64,000 nucleotides of DNA, taken from the NCBI GenBank assembly GCA_963682135.1, contig OY821645.1, positions 2,752,001 to 2,816,000 on the forward strand. The letters run 5' to 3'. The translations under genes and the position numbers were made by a program. The notes under the pieces are model-generated. The model had not been told where the DNA came from. It did no database searches and was given only the letters and a program-made list of their open reading frames with translations. Shown one piece after another: positions 1 through 9,927 of the stretch. The DNA comes from Methanothrix sp. Lineage in GTDB: Archaea; Halobacteriota; Methanosarcinia; Methanotrichales; Methanotrichaceae. Positions within the stretch are counted from its first letter, which is position 1. The number at the start of each line of letters is the position of its first letter.

Positions 1-3000
1 AGTACGACCGGAATATACGACTTTACTGTGCCTACAGGCATTACATCTCATTATAATTCGGTGGATGCTAAGGCAGATAGCTGCAAAAAAACGGATTCTG
101 TATCTTCAGCTGATGCAAATCTGTTCGTCATCGATCCTGATCTGACCATAACAAAGACCTCAGATAAAGATTATGGAAAAGCAGGCGACACAGTAATTTT
201 CACCGTCACTATCACCAATTCTCCCGATTCGACCCTCAATAATATAATCGTTGAAGATACTCTTCCTGCTGGACTGACCTTTGTTGATGATGCTTCTTCG
301 GACCCTAAGCCGGTTCCAAACCCGCCCGTTGTCAATCTGGATGGTACAACTACTCTAATGTATTACAGATCCCAATTGACCAAAAATGCAGTTTGGACCA
401 TTAAAATAAAGGCTCAGTTTGTCGGGACTCCCTATCTGGGCGTTCTAAGAAACAATGTAAAGGTTGATGCCACCGACCTGGCACTTGATCCAATTGATAC
501 AGAGTATGCGTGGAAAGATGTTACTGCGTATTCAGTCGACATGTCCGTAGCGAAATCCGCGGTTCCTGATCATGGTATTGTGGGTGCTTCCATCAAGTTC
601 CCGCTGGTAATCACCAACCTTGGCACAGCCGAGATGTCCCATGTTAAGGTCACCGATACTCTGCCCCTGGGCCTGACCTATGATTCCACCAAGACCCCAA
701 TTGGAGATCGTCCCGACAGCTCAGCCGGCGGTGTCCTGATCTGGAATGACATCGGCCCTCTGGCCGCCTCAGGACTCCCAGGCAACACCAGAACCCTCGA
801 GCTCTGGGTAACCATAGATGGCGGTTTCATCGGCCCGATGACGAATCCCGTTCAAGCCGATGGCGTCACGCAATATGGCGACACCATCACTAAAACAGCT
901 TCAGCAGTAGTCACCTCCTATACCTTCGACATGTCTGTAGCGAAATCCGCGGTTCCTGATCATGGTCTTGTCGGCGCTTCCATCAAGTTCCCATTAGTAA
1001 TCACTAACCTGGGCACAGCCGAAATGACCCATGTTAAGGTCACCGATACTCTGCCCCTGGGTCTGACCTATGATTCCACCAAGACCCCAATTGGAGATCG
1101 TCCCGACAGCTCAGCCGGCGGTGTCCTGATCTGGAATGACATCGGCCCTCTGGCCGCCTCAGGACTCCCAGGCAACACCAGAACCCTCGAGCTCTGGGTA
1201 ACCATAGATGGCGGCTTCATCGGCCCGATGACGAATCCCGTTCAAGCCGATGGCGTCACGCAATATGGCGACACCATCACCAAAACAGCTTCAGCAGTAG
1301 TCACCTCCTATACCTTCGACATGTCCGTAGCGAAATCCGCGGTTCCTGATCATGGTCTTGTCGGCGCATCCATCAAGTTCCCGCTGGTAATCACTAACCT
1401 GGGCACAGCCGAGATGTCCCATGTTAAGGTCACCGATACTCTGCCCCTGGGCCTGACCTATGATTCCACCAAGACCCCAATTGGAGATCGTCCCGACAGC
1501 TCAGCCGGCGGCGTCCTGATCTGGAATGACATCGGCCCTCTGGCCGCCTCAGGACTCCCAGGCAACACCAGAACCCTCGAGCTCTGGGTAACCATAGATG
1601 GCGGCTTCATTGGCCCGATGACGAATCCCGTTCAAGCCGATGGCGTCACGCAATATGGCGACACCATCACTAAAACAGCTTCAGCAGTAGTCACGTCCTA
1701 TACCTTCGACATGTCCGTAGCGAAATCCGCGGTTCCCGATCATGGTCCTGTGGGCGCATCCATCAAGTTCCCGCTGGTAATCACTAACCTTGGCACCGCC
1801 GAGATGTCCCATGTTAAGGTCACCGATACTCTGCCCCTGGGCCTGACCTATGATTCCACCAAGACCCCGGCAGGCGATAGGCCCGACAGCTCAGCCGGCG
1901 GCATACTGATCTGGAATGACATCGGCCCTCTGGCCGCCTCAGGACTCCCAGGCAACACCAGAACCCTCGAGCTCTGGGTAACCATAGATGGCGGCTTCAT
2001 TGGCCCGATGACGAATCCCGTTCAAGCCGATGGCGTCACGCAATATGGCGACACGATCACTAAAACAGCTTCGGCAGTAGTCTTGTCCTATACCGTAGAT
2101 ATGTCTGTAGCGAAATCCGCGGTTCCTGATCATGGTCTTGTGGGTGCTTCCATCAAGTTCCCGCTGGTAATCACTAACCTTGGCACCGCCGAAATGACCC
2201 ATGTTAAGGTCACCGATACTCTGCCCCTGGGCCTGACCTATGATTCCACCAAGACCCCAATTGGAGATCGTCCCGACAGCTCAGCCGGCGGTGTCCTGAT
2301 CTGGAATGACATCGGCCCTCTGGCCGCCTCAGGACTCCCAGGCAACACCAGAACCCTCGAGCTCTGGGTAACCATAGATGGCGGCTTCATCGGTCCGATG
2401 ACGAATCCCGTTCAAGCCGATGGCGTCACGCAATATGGCGACACCATCACCAAAACAGCTTCAGCAGTAGTCACCTCCTATACCGTAGATATGTCTGTAG
2501 CAAAATCCGCGGTTCCTGATCATGGTCCAGTGGGTGCATCCATCAAGTTCCCGCTGGTAATCACTAACCTTGGCACCGCCGAAATGACCCATGTTAAGGT
2601 CACCGATACTCTGCCCCTGGGCCTGACCTATGATTCCACCAAGACCCCGGCAGGCGATAGGCCCGACAGCTCCACAGGCGGCATACTGATCTGGAATGAC
2701 ATCGGCCCTCTGGCCGCCTCAGGACTCCCAGGCAACACCAGAACCCTCGAGCTCTGGGTAACCATAGATGGCGGCTTCATTGGCCCGATGACGAATCCCG
2801 TTCAAGCCGATGGCGTCACGCAATATGGCGACACGATCACTAAAACAGCTTCGGCAGTAGTCACCTCCTATACCGTAGATATGTCTGTAGCGAAATCCGC
2901 GGTTCCTGATCATGGTCTTGTGGGTGCTTCCATCAAGTTCCCGCTGGTAATCACTAACCTTGGCACAGCCGAAATGACCCATGTTAAGGTCACCGATACT

Positions 3001-6000
3001 CTGCCCCTGGGCCTGACCTATGATTCCACCAAGACCCCGGCAGGCGATAGGCCCGACAGCTCTACAGGCGGCATACTGATCTGGAATGACATCGGCCCTC
3101 TGGCCGCCTCAGGACTCCCAGGCAACACCAGAACCCTCGAGCTCTGGGTAACCATAGATGGCGGCTTCATTGGCCCGATGACGAATCCCGTTCAAGCCGA
3201 TGGCGTCACGCAATATGGCGACACCATCACTAAAACAGCTTCAGCAGTAGTCACCTCCTATACCGTAGATATGTCTGTAGCGAAATCCGCGGTTCCCGAT
3301 CATGGTCTTGTCGGCGCATCCATCAAGTTCCCGCTGGTAATCACTAATCTGGGCACAGCCGAAATGACCCATGTTAAGGTCACCGATACTCTGCCCCTGG
3401 GCCTGACCTATGATTCCACCAAGACCCCAATTGGAGATCGTCCCGACAGCTCAGCCGGCGGTGTCCTGATCTGGAATGACATCGGCCCTCTGGCCGCCTC
3501 AGGACTCCCAGGCAACACCAGAACCCTCGAGCTCTGGGTAACCATAGATGGTGGCTTCATCGGTCCGATGACGAATCCCGTTCAAGCCGATGGCGTCACG
3601 CAATATGGCGACACCATCACCAAAACAGCTTCAGCAGTAGTCACGTCCTATACCTTCGACATGTCCGTAGCGAAATCCGCGGTTCCCGATCATGGTCCTG
3701 TGGGCGCATCCATCAAGTTCCCGCTGGTAATCACTAACCTTGGCACCGCCGAGATGTCCCATGTTAAGGTCACCGATACTCTGCCCCTGGGCCTGACCTA
3801 TGATTCCACCAAGACCCCGGCAGGCGATAGGCCCGACAGCTCCACAGGCGGCATACTGATCTGGAATGACATCGGCCCTCTGGCCGCCTCAGGACTCCCA
3901 GGCAACACCAGAACCCTCGAGCTCTGGGTAACCATAGATGGCGGCTTCATCGGCCCGATGACGAATCCCGTTCAAGCCGATGGCGTCACGCAATATGGCG
4001 ACACCATCACCAAAACAGCTTCAGCAGTAGTCTTGTCCTATACCGTAGATATGTCTGTAGCGAAATCCGCGGTTCCTGATCATGGTCCAGTGGGCGCTTC
4101 CATCAAGTTCCCGCTGGTAATCACTAACCTGGGCACAGCCGAAATGTCCCATGTTAAGGTCACCGATACTCTGCCCCTGGGTCTGACCTATGATTCCACC
4201 AAGACCCCGGCAGGCGATAGGCCCGACAGCTCCGCAGGCGGTGTCCTGATCTGGAATGACATCGGTCCGCTGGCTCCCACTACAGGCACAAGAACTCTCG
4301 AGCTCTGGGTTACCATAGATGGCGGCTTCATCGGCCCGATGACAAATCCCGTTCAAGCCGATGGCGTCACGCAATATGGCGACACCATCACCAAAACTGC
4401 TTCGGCTGTTGTCACCTCCTATACCTTCGACATGTCCGTAGCGAAATCCGCGGTTCCCGATCATGGTCCAGTGGGCGCTTCCATTAAATTCCCGCTAGTA
4501 ATCACTAACCTGGGGACAGCCGAAATGACTCATGTCAAGGTCACCGATACTCTTCCCACGGGCCTGACCTATGATCCTTCCAAGACCCCGGCAGGCGATA
4601 GGCCCGACAGCTCCGCAGGCGGTGTTCTGATCTGGAATGACATCGGTCCGTTGGCCCCCACTACAGGCACAAGAACTCTCGAGCTCTGGGTAACCATAGA
4701 TGGCGGCTTCATCGGCCCGATGACGAATCCCGTTCAAGCCGATGGCGTCACGCAATATGGCGACACCATCACCAAAACAGCTTCAGCAGTAGTCTTGTCC
4801 TATACCGTCGATATGTCAGTAGCCAAGTCGGCAGATCCTGTTCGGGGTAAAGCAGGCACTTCTGTTAAATTCCCGCTTGTCATCACCAACCTTGGCACAG
4901 CAATAATGACCACCGTTAAGGTCACAGATACCCTTCCTGCCGGCCTGACTTATGATCCAGTCAAGACTCCGGTAGGCGATAGGCCCGACAGCTCCGCAGG
5001 CGGCGTCCTGATCTGGAACAACATCGGCCCACTGGCAGCCTCAGGGGGCACGAGAACCCTAGAACTCTGGGTTACCATAGATGGATCCTATATCGGCACA
5101 ATGACTAATACGGTTCAGGTCGATGGTACTTCGGAATATGGTGATCCCATTACAAAGACCGCCACCGCCGATGTCACTTCCTATAACGTCTTAATGGATG
5201 TCGATAAATCGGCCAGCCCGAACTTTGGTCCAGCAGGCACTTCCATCGATTTCCCGCTAAAGATAGATAACAAGGGAACAGCAAAGCTGGCTACTGTGAC
5301 GGTTACAGATACATTGCCCAAGGGCCTGACCTATGATGCAGCCAAGAGCGTTCCGCCTGCGGATTCATCCAATAAGGATCCTGTAACAGGAATAACCATT
5401 CTTGTCTGGAATAACGTCGGTCCGCTCGATGGTTCTACTGGCACAACGACCATCCACCTCTGGGCTACAATTGACGGCTCATTCTTCGGCAAGATGACCA
5501 ACAGGGTAGATGTTCTGGGCATTTCGGAATATCAAGAACCCGTTACTGGATTTGATACTGCTGATGTCACGTCGCATAACGTATTCATGAATGTAGACAA
5601 ATCAGCGAATCCGGATATCGGCATAGTTGGCACCTCCGTCAACTTCCCACTGAAGGTTGATAATACGGGTACAGCCAAACTGGATACCGTGAAGGTAACA
5701 GATACGCTGCCCAAAGGCCTGACCTATGATGCAGCCAAGAGCGTTCCACCTGCAGATACATCTTCAACTGATCCTGCAACAGGCATAACCACTCTCGTCT
5801 GGAATAATGTGGGACCGCTGAATCCGGTTACAGGTACGATTACCATTAATCTTTGGGCAACAATTGATGGTAATATCCTTGGCATGATGACCAACAGAGT
5901 TGATGTTCTGGGCATCTCGGAACATGGTGAGGAGATCTCTGAATTCGATACTGCCGATGTCAAATCCTATTCGGTCTTAATGGATGTCGACAAATCGGCT

Positions 6001-9000
6001 GTACCGGAGTTTGGTCCAACCGGCACATCTATTGATTTCCCGCTAAAGGTAGACAATAAGGGATCGGCAAAGCTGACAACTGTGAAGGTAACAGATACAT
6101 TGCCCAAAGGCCTGACCTATGATGCTGCAAAGAGCGTTCCACCTGCGGATTCATCTTCAACCGATCCAGCAACAGGCATAACCACTCTGATCTGGAATAA
6201 CATGGGTCCGCTGGATGCCGTTACGGGTACGATTACCATCCATCTCTGGGCAACAATCGATGGCAACTACCTCGGCAAGATGACGAATTTAGTAGATGTC
6301 TTCGGTACCTCGGAATATGGCGAGAATATTGAAAAGACCGATACCGCCGATGTAAGATCCGGATCGGTTCTAATGGATGTTGATAAATCCGCAATACCTG
6401 ATTTGGGCCAAGCCGGTACATCTATTGACTTCCCAGTAAAGGTAACCAACCTGGGAACCTTGAAACTTGTTACCGTTAAGGTTACCGATACTCTTCCCAA
6501 AGGACTGACCTATGATGCTGGCAAGAGCGTTCCACCTGCGGATTCATCCTCAATAGATCCCTCAACCGGCATAACCACTCTGGTCTGGAACAATGTGGGT
6601 CCGCTGGATCCCCTTACCGGTACAACAACCATCCATCTTGCGGCCACAATTGATGGCAGCTTCATTGGCAAGATGACAAATGTAGTTGATGTGCTCGGAA
6701 CATCCGAGTTTGGAGAAGATATACCCGGTTCCGATACTGCTGATGTCACATCATATGTGTCCACAATGGCGGTCGAAAAAACTGTAGATCTGCCCAAAGC
6801 CCCAATCGATACGGTAGTAACCTTCACCATGAAGGTAACTAACATGGGTACGACAAATCTGGTTACTGCTGAAGCAAAAGATACTCTGCCTAATGGCCTT
6901 AGTTATATAGAGGCAACTCCTGCACCAAACTCCAATACGCCTGGACCCTCAGGAACTACAATCCTGGTCTGGAATAATGTTGGTCCACTGGCTGCGAACG
7001 GCGGTTCAGCTACCATAGTGATGAAAGCTAAGATAACTGGTACCGTCGAGGGTACGATGACCAATAGCATTGATGTCACAGCAAGAACCGAATATGGTGA
7101 GGAACTAAAAGGGCATGATACAGCTGATGTAACTCTGGAAAAAGCCAGTATCGGTGTATCCAAGCAGGCTATCCCAGATTTCGGATTGCCGGGGAGCATA
7201 ATCGAATTCCCGATAATTGTCAAGAACGACGGTAATGTCGATCTGGTGCAGGTTTCTGCTAAGGATACTCTTCCAGATGGGCTTGAGTATCTCGAAGACG
7301 ATCACGGCGGAGTGTTGATAGCTCCTGGTGTCATCCAATGGAGCAATCTGGAAACCGTAGATAAAATTGATTTCCTTCCGCCTGGCGGCGAGATTCATAT
7401 CAATCTGAAAACTGTTGTAAAGAGCACCATCGTCGGCGAACTGGATAATGTCGTCTATGCATCAGGTGTACCCAGGGGCGGCGGCAAGCGCGTTGAAAAA
7501 GAAGCTGAAGCCAAGGTATCCGTTAAATATTTCGGTGTTTCAAAGACCTCAGATAAGAGAACATATCGCCCTGGCGAGGAGATAACCTATACCATATTAG
7601 TTTGCCACCTTCGCGGAGCAACTGAGCCGCTAAGGGATGTAATAGTCAAAGATATCTTCCAGAATCCAGGACAGGTTGAGATCGTAGCCAGCTATCCTGA
7701 ACTATCTGATGATGGTACGTGGCATATTAGTGAGATCAAGCCTGGAGAATGCGCAAAAATGATCCTTATCGCCAGGACACCCAAGATCAGAACCACATTT
7801 GATCTGGATCAGTCTGTGAAAGGAAAGGGCTTCGTCAATGTGAATAACGACCTGGCTACCGCGGTTGGTCCCTACGGAATAGATAATTGTGTCTATGTAG
7901 AGGCCAGAATGGGAGATGCTAAGGTTATCAATAGTACCTGTTTGGGTGTCACTATCGATGATACAGGCACTGAGCTACAGACGAGAGAACATGGAAGCGG
8001 TGATTACAGCTCTGAGGAGAAGACCAGCCTCAAATGGGAGAACAGATCCATCAAATCGCTGAAGAATGTCTCTGCCAGCTACTCTCCGACGACTTTCGAG
8101 CTGCCAGGCAACAAGGGCATAAATTACGACTCAAAGTGGACTGAGGAGAGCCGCGCCAAGAACCACATCACCGGCGCAGTCATGCATGAGACCTATCGCT
8201 ATGCTACCGACATAGACCGCGATTCGTATGTCAAGATGGATGAGAATGGATCCGAAATGGTTGTAGACTCCAGCTTTACCGGCAAGGGCAGCATCGGATT
8301 CTTCAAGAAGTCCTCGCCTGATGCTGGACCCAAGAGAAAACCCATCTTCGAGAGCCAGGAGGACTACAGCGGCCAATTCAGAATCAATGAATCATTTGAT
8401 GAATACGGCAAGAACGTTGTAACCACAAAAGCCGCCTCTGGAGAGGGCTTCGTCTCCTCAGACAAGAGGGTTCGAGATAGCCAGAGGACCTACGAGTCTG
8501 GTACCGGCTCATACAAGAGCGAGGAGATCGTGGATACCTTCACCAATTACATAGGGAAGGATATTGAGGTCGCTCATAAGCCGAGCAGCTACAGCTACTC
8601 TCCATCCATCACTGCTAACCAGGACATGAAGTGGAGTGAGGGAATCTGGTCCAAGAGCGGCAAGCTGCGTGGAGGCGTTATAGTCGCTGCCAATGACTCA
8701 ACCGGTGCTGCCTCAGTGGAGGTACCGTGCAACACTTCCAATAAGAGCTCGGCTCCCGCTACTATCATCAGCGAGAAGTATTCATCTCTGGAGTATCTGA
8801 AGAAGGATTCCGTAGCACTCGGATTAAATGAGATGAAGACCAATGCCACCTTCGAAGGAGTTGCCGATTTCAGGGCAGCATCGGTCGGTGTAAATGGCTC
8901 GGATGAAGTAGACAATGAGGAGCGCTATGTAGGCGCATATAGCCTGAACCGGCATATTCTCATGACCGGCGTCGCCAAGTACGACTATCCGCATATCACC

Positions 9001-9819
9001 GTGACCAAGGAAGGAGTTAAAAAATCCGAATGGTTCAATCGGATCAACTCTACAATTGGCGATTACATCATAACCGTAACCAATGATGGTAATCGCGCCC
9101 TGGCTCCGGTTTATGTAGCGGATTTCTTCCCGCCGGGCACCCAGTACATCAGCTCCTCGGTAAAACCGACAACACTTACCGATAAGACTGCCAACTGGAC
9201 TATACTGCATCTCGGAATTGGCAACAGCCTGAGCATAAATCTAAAGCTCAACATAACCGAAAATGCACCTGATAGCGTGCTCAATTGTGTCCAGGTTACC
9301 GGAATGGCCGGCGAATCTATGGTTTCATCAACCAATTGCACTAGCCTGGATTCCGCATGGCTGGGATGCTGTGCATCCCAGGTCTCAGTGGAAAAGAATG
9401 CCAAATTGGACTCAATGGATCCGACTGTAGTGCATTACACCATAATGCTCAGAAACAATGCCAAGAGTAACTGGGCTGCAAAGGTTACCGATCAGATTCC
9501 AGTAGATATGACCCTGCTGAATTCCTCAGTTGAGCCATACAGCAAGGACCCGATCTACATCGCCTGGAATTTCGCCAATCTGCAGCCTGATGAACTGGTT
9601 ACCATTGAGTATAGCATGCGTGCAGCCAGAAATGGAGCTTATACCAATAAGGTGCACGTGGATGCCAGCGCGGTGGATGGATCTGGCAGCGGTTCTGCCG
9701 ATGCATATGCTTACATAGATGTTAGGGGCACTGGTGTTGCCCCAAGGACTCTCAGGTATGACGGTTGGCAGCCGCCAGACTGGGAACTGAATACATCAGA
9801 TGTTGGCATAACCATTTAA
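1..9819 (+). CDS. Giant DUF11 (Ig-like) repeat cell-surface protein with conserved C-terminal module; 5'-partial
   Basis: Frame is open from base 1 (STTGIYDFTV...), so the GTG at 28 is probably not the true start. About 20+ repeats of K-S/T-A-x-P...G..I.F.L.ITNLG...V.VTDTLP.GLTY, typical of DUF11. Ends ...DGWQPPDWELNTSDVGITI with no TM anchor. Confidence 0.85.
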   Translation, partial: STTGIYDFTVPTGITSHYNSVDAKADSCKKTDSVSSADANLFVIDPDLTITKTSDKDYGKAGDTVIFTVTITNSPDSTLNNIIVEDTLPAGLTFVDDASSDPKPVPNPPVVNLDGTTTLMYYRSQLTKNAVWTIKIKAQFVGTPYLGVLRNNVKVDATDLALDPIDTEYAWKDVTAYSVDMSVAKSAVPDHGIVGASIKFPLVITNLGTAEMSHVKVTDTLPLGLTYDSTKTPIGDRPDSSAGGVLIWNDIGPLAASGLPGNTRTLELWVTIDGGFIGPMTNPVQADGVTQYGDTITKTASAVVTSYTFDMSVAKSAVPDHGLVGASIKFPLVITNLGTAEMTHVKVTDTLPLGLTYDSTKTPIGDRPDSSAGGVLIWNDIGPLAASGLPGNTRTLELWVTIDGGFIGPMTNPVQADGVTQYGDTITKTASAVVTSYTFDMSVAKSAVPDHGLVGASIKFPLVITNLGTAEMSHVKVTDTLPLGLTYDSTKTPIGDRPDSSAGGVLIWNDIGPLAASGLPGNTRTLELWVTIDGGFIGPMTNPVQADGVTQYGDTITKTASAVVTSYTFDMSVAKSAVPDHGPVGASIKFPLVITNLGTAEMSHVKVTDTLPLGLTYDSTKTPAGDRPDSSAGGILIWNDIGPLAASGLPGNTRTLELWVTIDGGFIGPMTNPVQADGVTQYGDTITKTASAVVLSYTVDMSVAKSAVPDHGLVGASIKFPLVITNLGTAEMTHVKVTDTLPLGLTYDSTKTPIGDRPDSSAGGVLIWNDIGPLAASGLPGNTRTLELWVTIDGGFIGPMTNPVQADGVTQYGDTITKTASAVVTSYTVDMSVAKSAVPDHGPVGASIKFPLVITNLGTAEMTHVKVTDTLPLGLTYDSTKTPAGDRPDSSTGGILIWNDIGPLAASGLPGNTRTLELWVTIDGGFIGPMTNPVQADGVTQYGDTITKTASAVVTSYTVDMSVAKSAVPDHGLVGASIKFPLVITNLGTAEMTHVKVTDTLPLGLTYDSTKTPAGDRPDSSTGGILIWNDIGPLAASGLPGNTRTLELWVTIDGGFIGPMTNPVQADGVTQYGDTITKTASAVVTSYTVDMSVAKSAVPDHGLVGASIKFPLVITNLGTAEMTHVKVTDTLPLGLTYDSTKTPIGDRPDSSAGGVLIWNDIGPLAASGLPGNTRTLELWVTIDGGFIGPMTNPVQADGVTQYGDTITKTASAVVTSYTFDMSVAKSAVPDHGPVGASIKFPLVITNLGTAEMSHVKVTDTLPLGLTYDSTKTPAGDRPDSSTGGILIWNDIGPLAASGLPGNTRTLELWVTIDGGFIGPMTNPVQADGVTQYGDTITKTASAVVLSYTVDMSVAKSAVPDHGPVGASIKFPLVITNLGTAEMSHVKVTDTLPLGLTYDSTKTPAGDRPDSSAGGVLIWNDIGPLAPTTGTRTLELWVTIDGGFIGPMTNPVQADGVTQYGDTITKTASAVVTSYTFDMSVAKSAVPDHGPVGASIKFPLVITNLGTAEMTHVKVTDTLPTGLTYDPSKTPAGDRPDSSAGGVLIWNDIGPLAPTTGTRTLELWVTIDGGFIGPMTNPVQADGVTQYGDTITKTASAVVLSYTVDMSVAKSADPVRGKAGTSVKFPLVITNLGTAIMTTVKVTDTLPAGLTYDPVKTPVGDRPDSSAGGVLIWNNIGPLAASGGTRTLELWVTIDGSYIGTMTNTVQVDGTSEYGDPITKTATADVTSYNVLMDVDKSASPNFGPAGTSIDFPLKIDNKGTAKLATVTVTDTLPKGLTYDAAKSVPPADSSNKDPVTGITILVWNNVGPLDGSTGTTTIHLWATIDGSFFGKMTNRVDVLGISEYQEPVTGFDTADVTSHNVFMNVDKSANPDIGIVGTSVNFPLKVDNTGTAKLDTVKVTDTLPKGLTYDAAKSVPPADTSSTDPATGITTLVWNNVGPLNPVTGTITINLWATIDGNILGMMTNRVDVLGISEHGEEISEFDTADVKSYSVLMDVDKSAVPEFGPTGTSIDFPLKVDNKGSAKLTTVKVTDTLPKGLTYDAAKSVPPADSSSTDPATGITTLIWNNMGPLDAVTGTITIHLWATIDGNYLGKMTNLVDVFGTSEYGENIEKTDTADVRSGSVLMDVDKSAIPDLGQAGTSIDFPVKVTNLGTLKLVTVKVTDTLPKGLTYDAGKSVPPADSSSIDPSTGITTLVWNNVGPLDPLTGTTTIHLAATIDGSFIGKMTNVVDVLGTSEFGEDIPGSDTADVTSYVSTMAVEKTVDLPKAPIDTVVTFTMKVTNMGTTNLVTAEAKDTLPNGLSYIEATPAPNSNTPGPSGTTILVWNNVGPLAANGGSATIVMKAKITGTVEGTMTNSIDVTARTEYGEELKGHDTADVTLEKASIGVSKQAIPDFGLPGSIIEFPIIVKNDGNVDLVQVSAKDTLPDGLEYLEDDHGGVLIAPGVIQWSNLETVDKIDFLPPGGEIHINLKTVVKSTIVGELDNVVYASGVPRGGGKRVEKEAEAKVSVKYFGVSKTSDKRTYRPGEEITYTILVCHLRGATEPLRDVIVKDIFQNPGQVEIVASYPELSDDGTWHISEIKPGECAKMILIARTPKIRTTFDLDQSVKGKGFVNVNNDLATAVGPYGIDNCVYVEARMGDAKVINSTCLGVTIDDTGTELQTREHGSGDYSSEEKTSLKWENRSIKSLKNVSASYSPTTFELPGNKGINYDSKWTEESRAKNHITGAVMHETYRYATDIDRDSYVKMDENGSEMVVDSSFTGKGSIGFFKKSSPDAGPKRKPIFESQEDYSGQFRINESFDEYGKNVVTTKAASGEGFVSSDKRVRDSQRTYESGTGSYKSEEIVDTFTNYIGKDIEVAHKPSSYSYSPSITANQDMKWSEGIWSKSGKLRGGVIVAANDSTGAASVEVPCNTSNKSSAPATIISEKYSSLEYLKKDSVALGLNEMKTNATFEGVADFRAASVGVNGSDEVDNEERYVGAYSLNRHILMTGVAKYDYPHITVTKEGVKKSEWFNRINSTIGDYIITVTNDGNRALAPVYVADFFPPGTQYISSSVKPTTLTDKTANWTILHLGIGNSLSINLKLNITENAPDSVLNCVQVTGMAGESMVSSTNCTSLDSAWLGCCASQVSVEKNAKLDSMDPTVVHYTIMLRNNAKSNWAAKVTDQIPVDMTLLNSSVEPYSKDPIYIAWNFANLQPDELVTIEYSMRAARNGAYTNKVHVDASAVDGSGSGSADAYAYIDVRGTGVAPRTLRYDGWQPPDWELNTSDVGITI
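538..4809 (+). repeat. Intragenic tandem repeat: nine near-identical 390-bp units plus two 381-bp units
   Basis: Unit start gac/gat-atg-tc(c/t)-gta-gc recurs at 538, 928, 1318, 1708, 2098, 2488, 2878, 3268, 3658, 4048, 4429 and 4810. Confidence 0.95.
5191..6762 (+). repeat. Second, more diverged set of four 393-bp DUF11 units
   Basis: (L/F)M(D/N)VDKSA starts at 5191, 5584, 5977 and 6370; shared gacctatgatgc..caagagcgttcc.cctgc. Confidence 0.85.
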
Positions 9820-9828
9820 GTGCAAAAT

Positions 9829-9859
9829 GCCTGGGCTTTTAGCTCAGGCTACTTTTTTT
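9829..9859 (+). terminator. Hairpin plus T-tract terminator after the giant gene
   Basis: gcctgggct-ttt-agctcaggc 9-bp stem (one G:U) followed by ttttttt. Confidence 0.6.
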
Positions 9860-9927
9860 ATAAAACTTCATTTTCAGGCATGCTAACCTTAATAAAGAAG
9901 CATTCCAAGTGACTAGCGTGGTATAGC

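Noticed and set aside
538-4809. Diversity-generating retroelement template/variable repeats
   Set aside because: Differences are not adenine-specific and there is no reverse transcriptase in the window.
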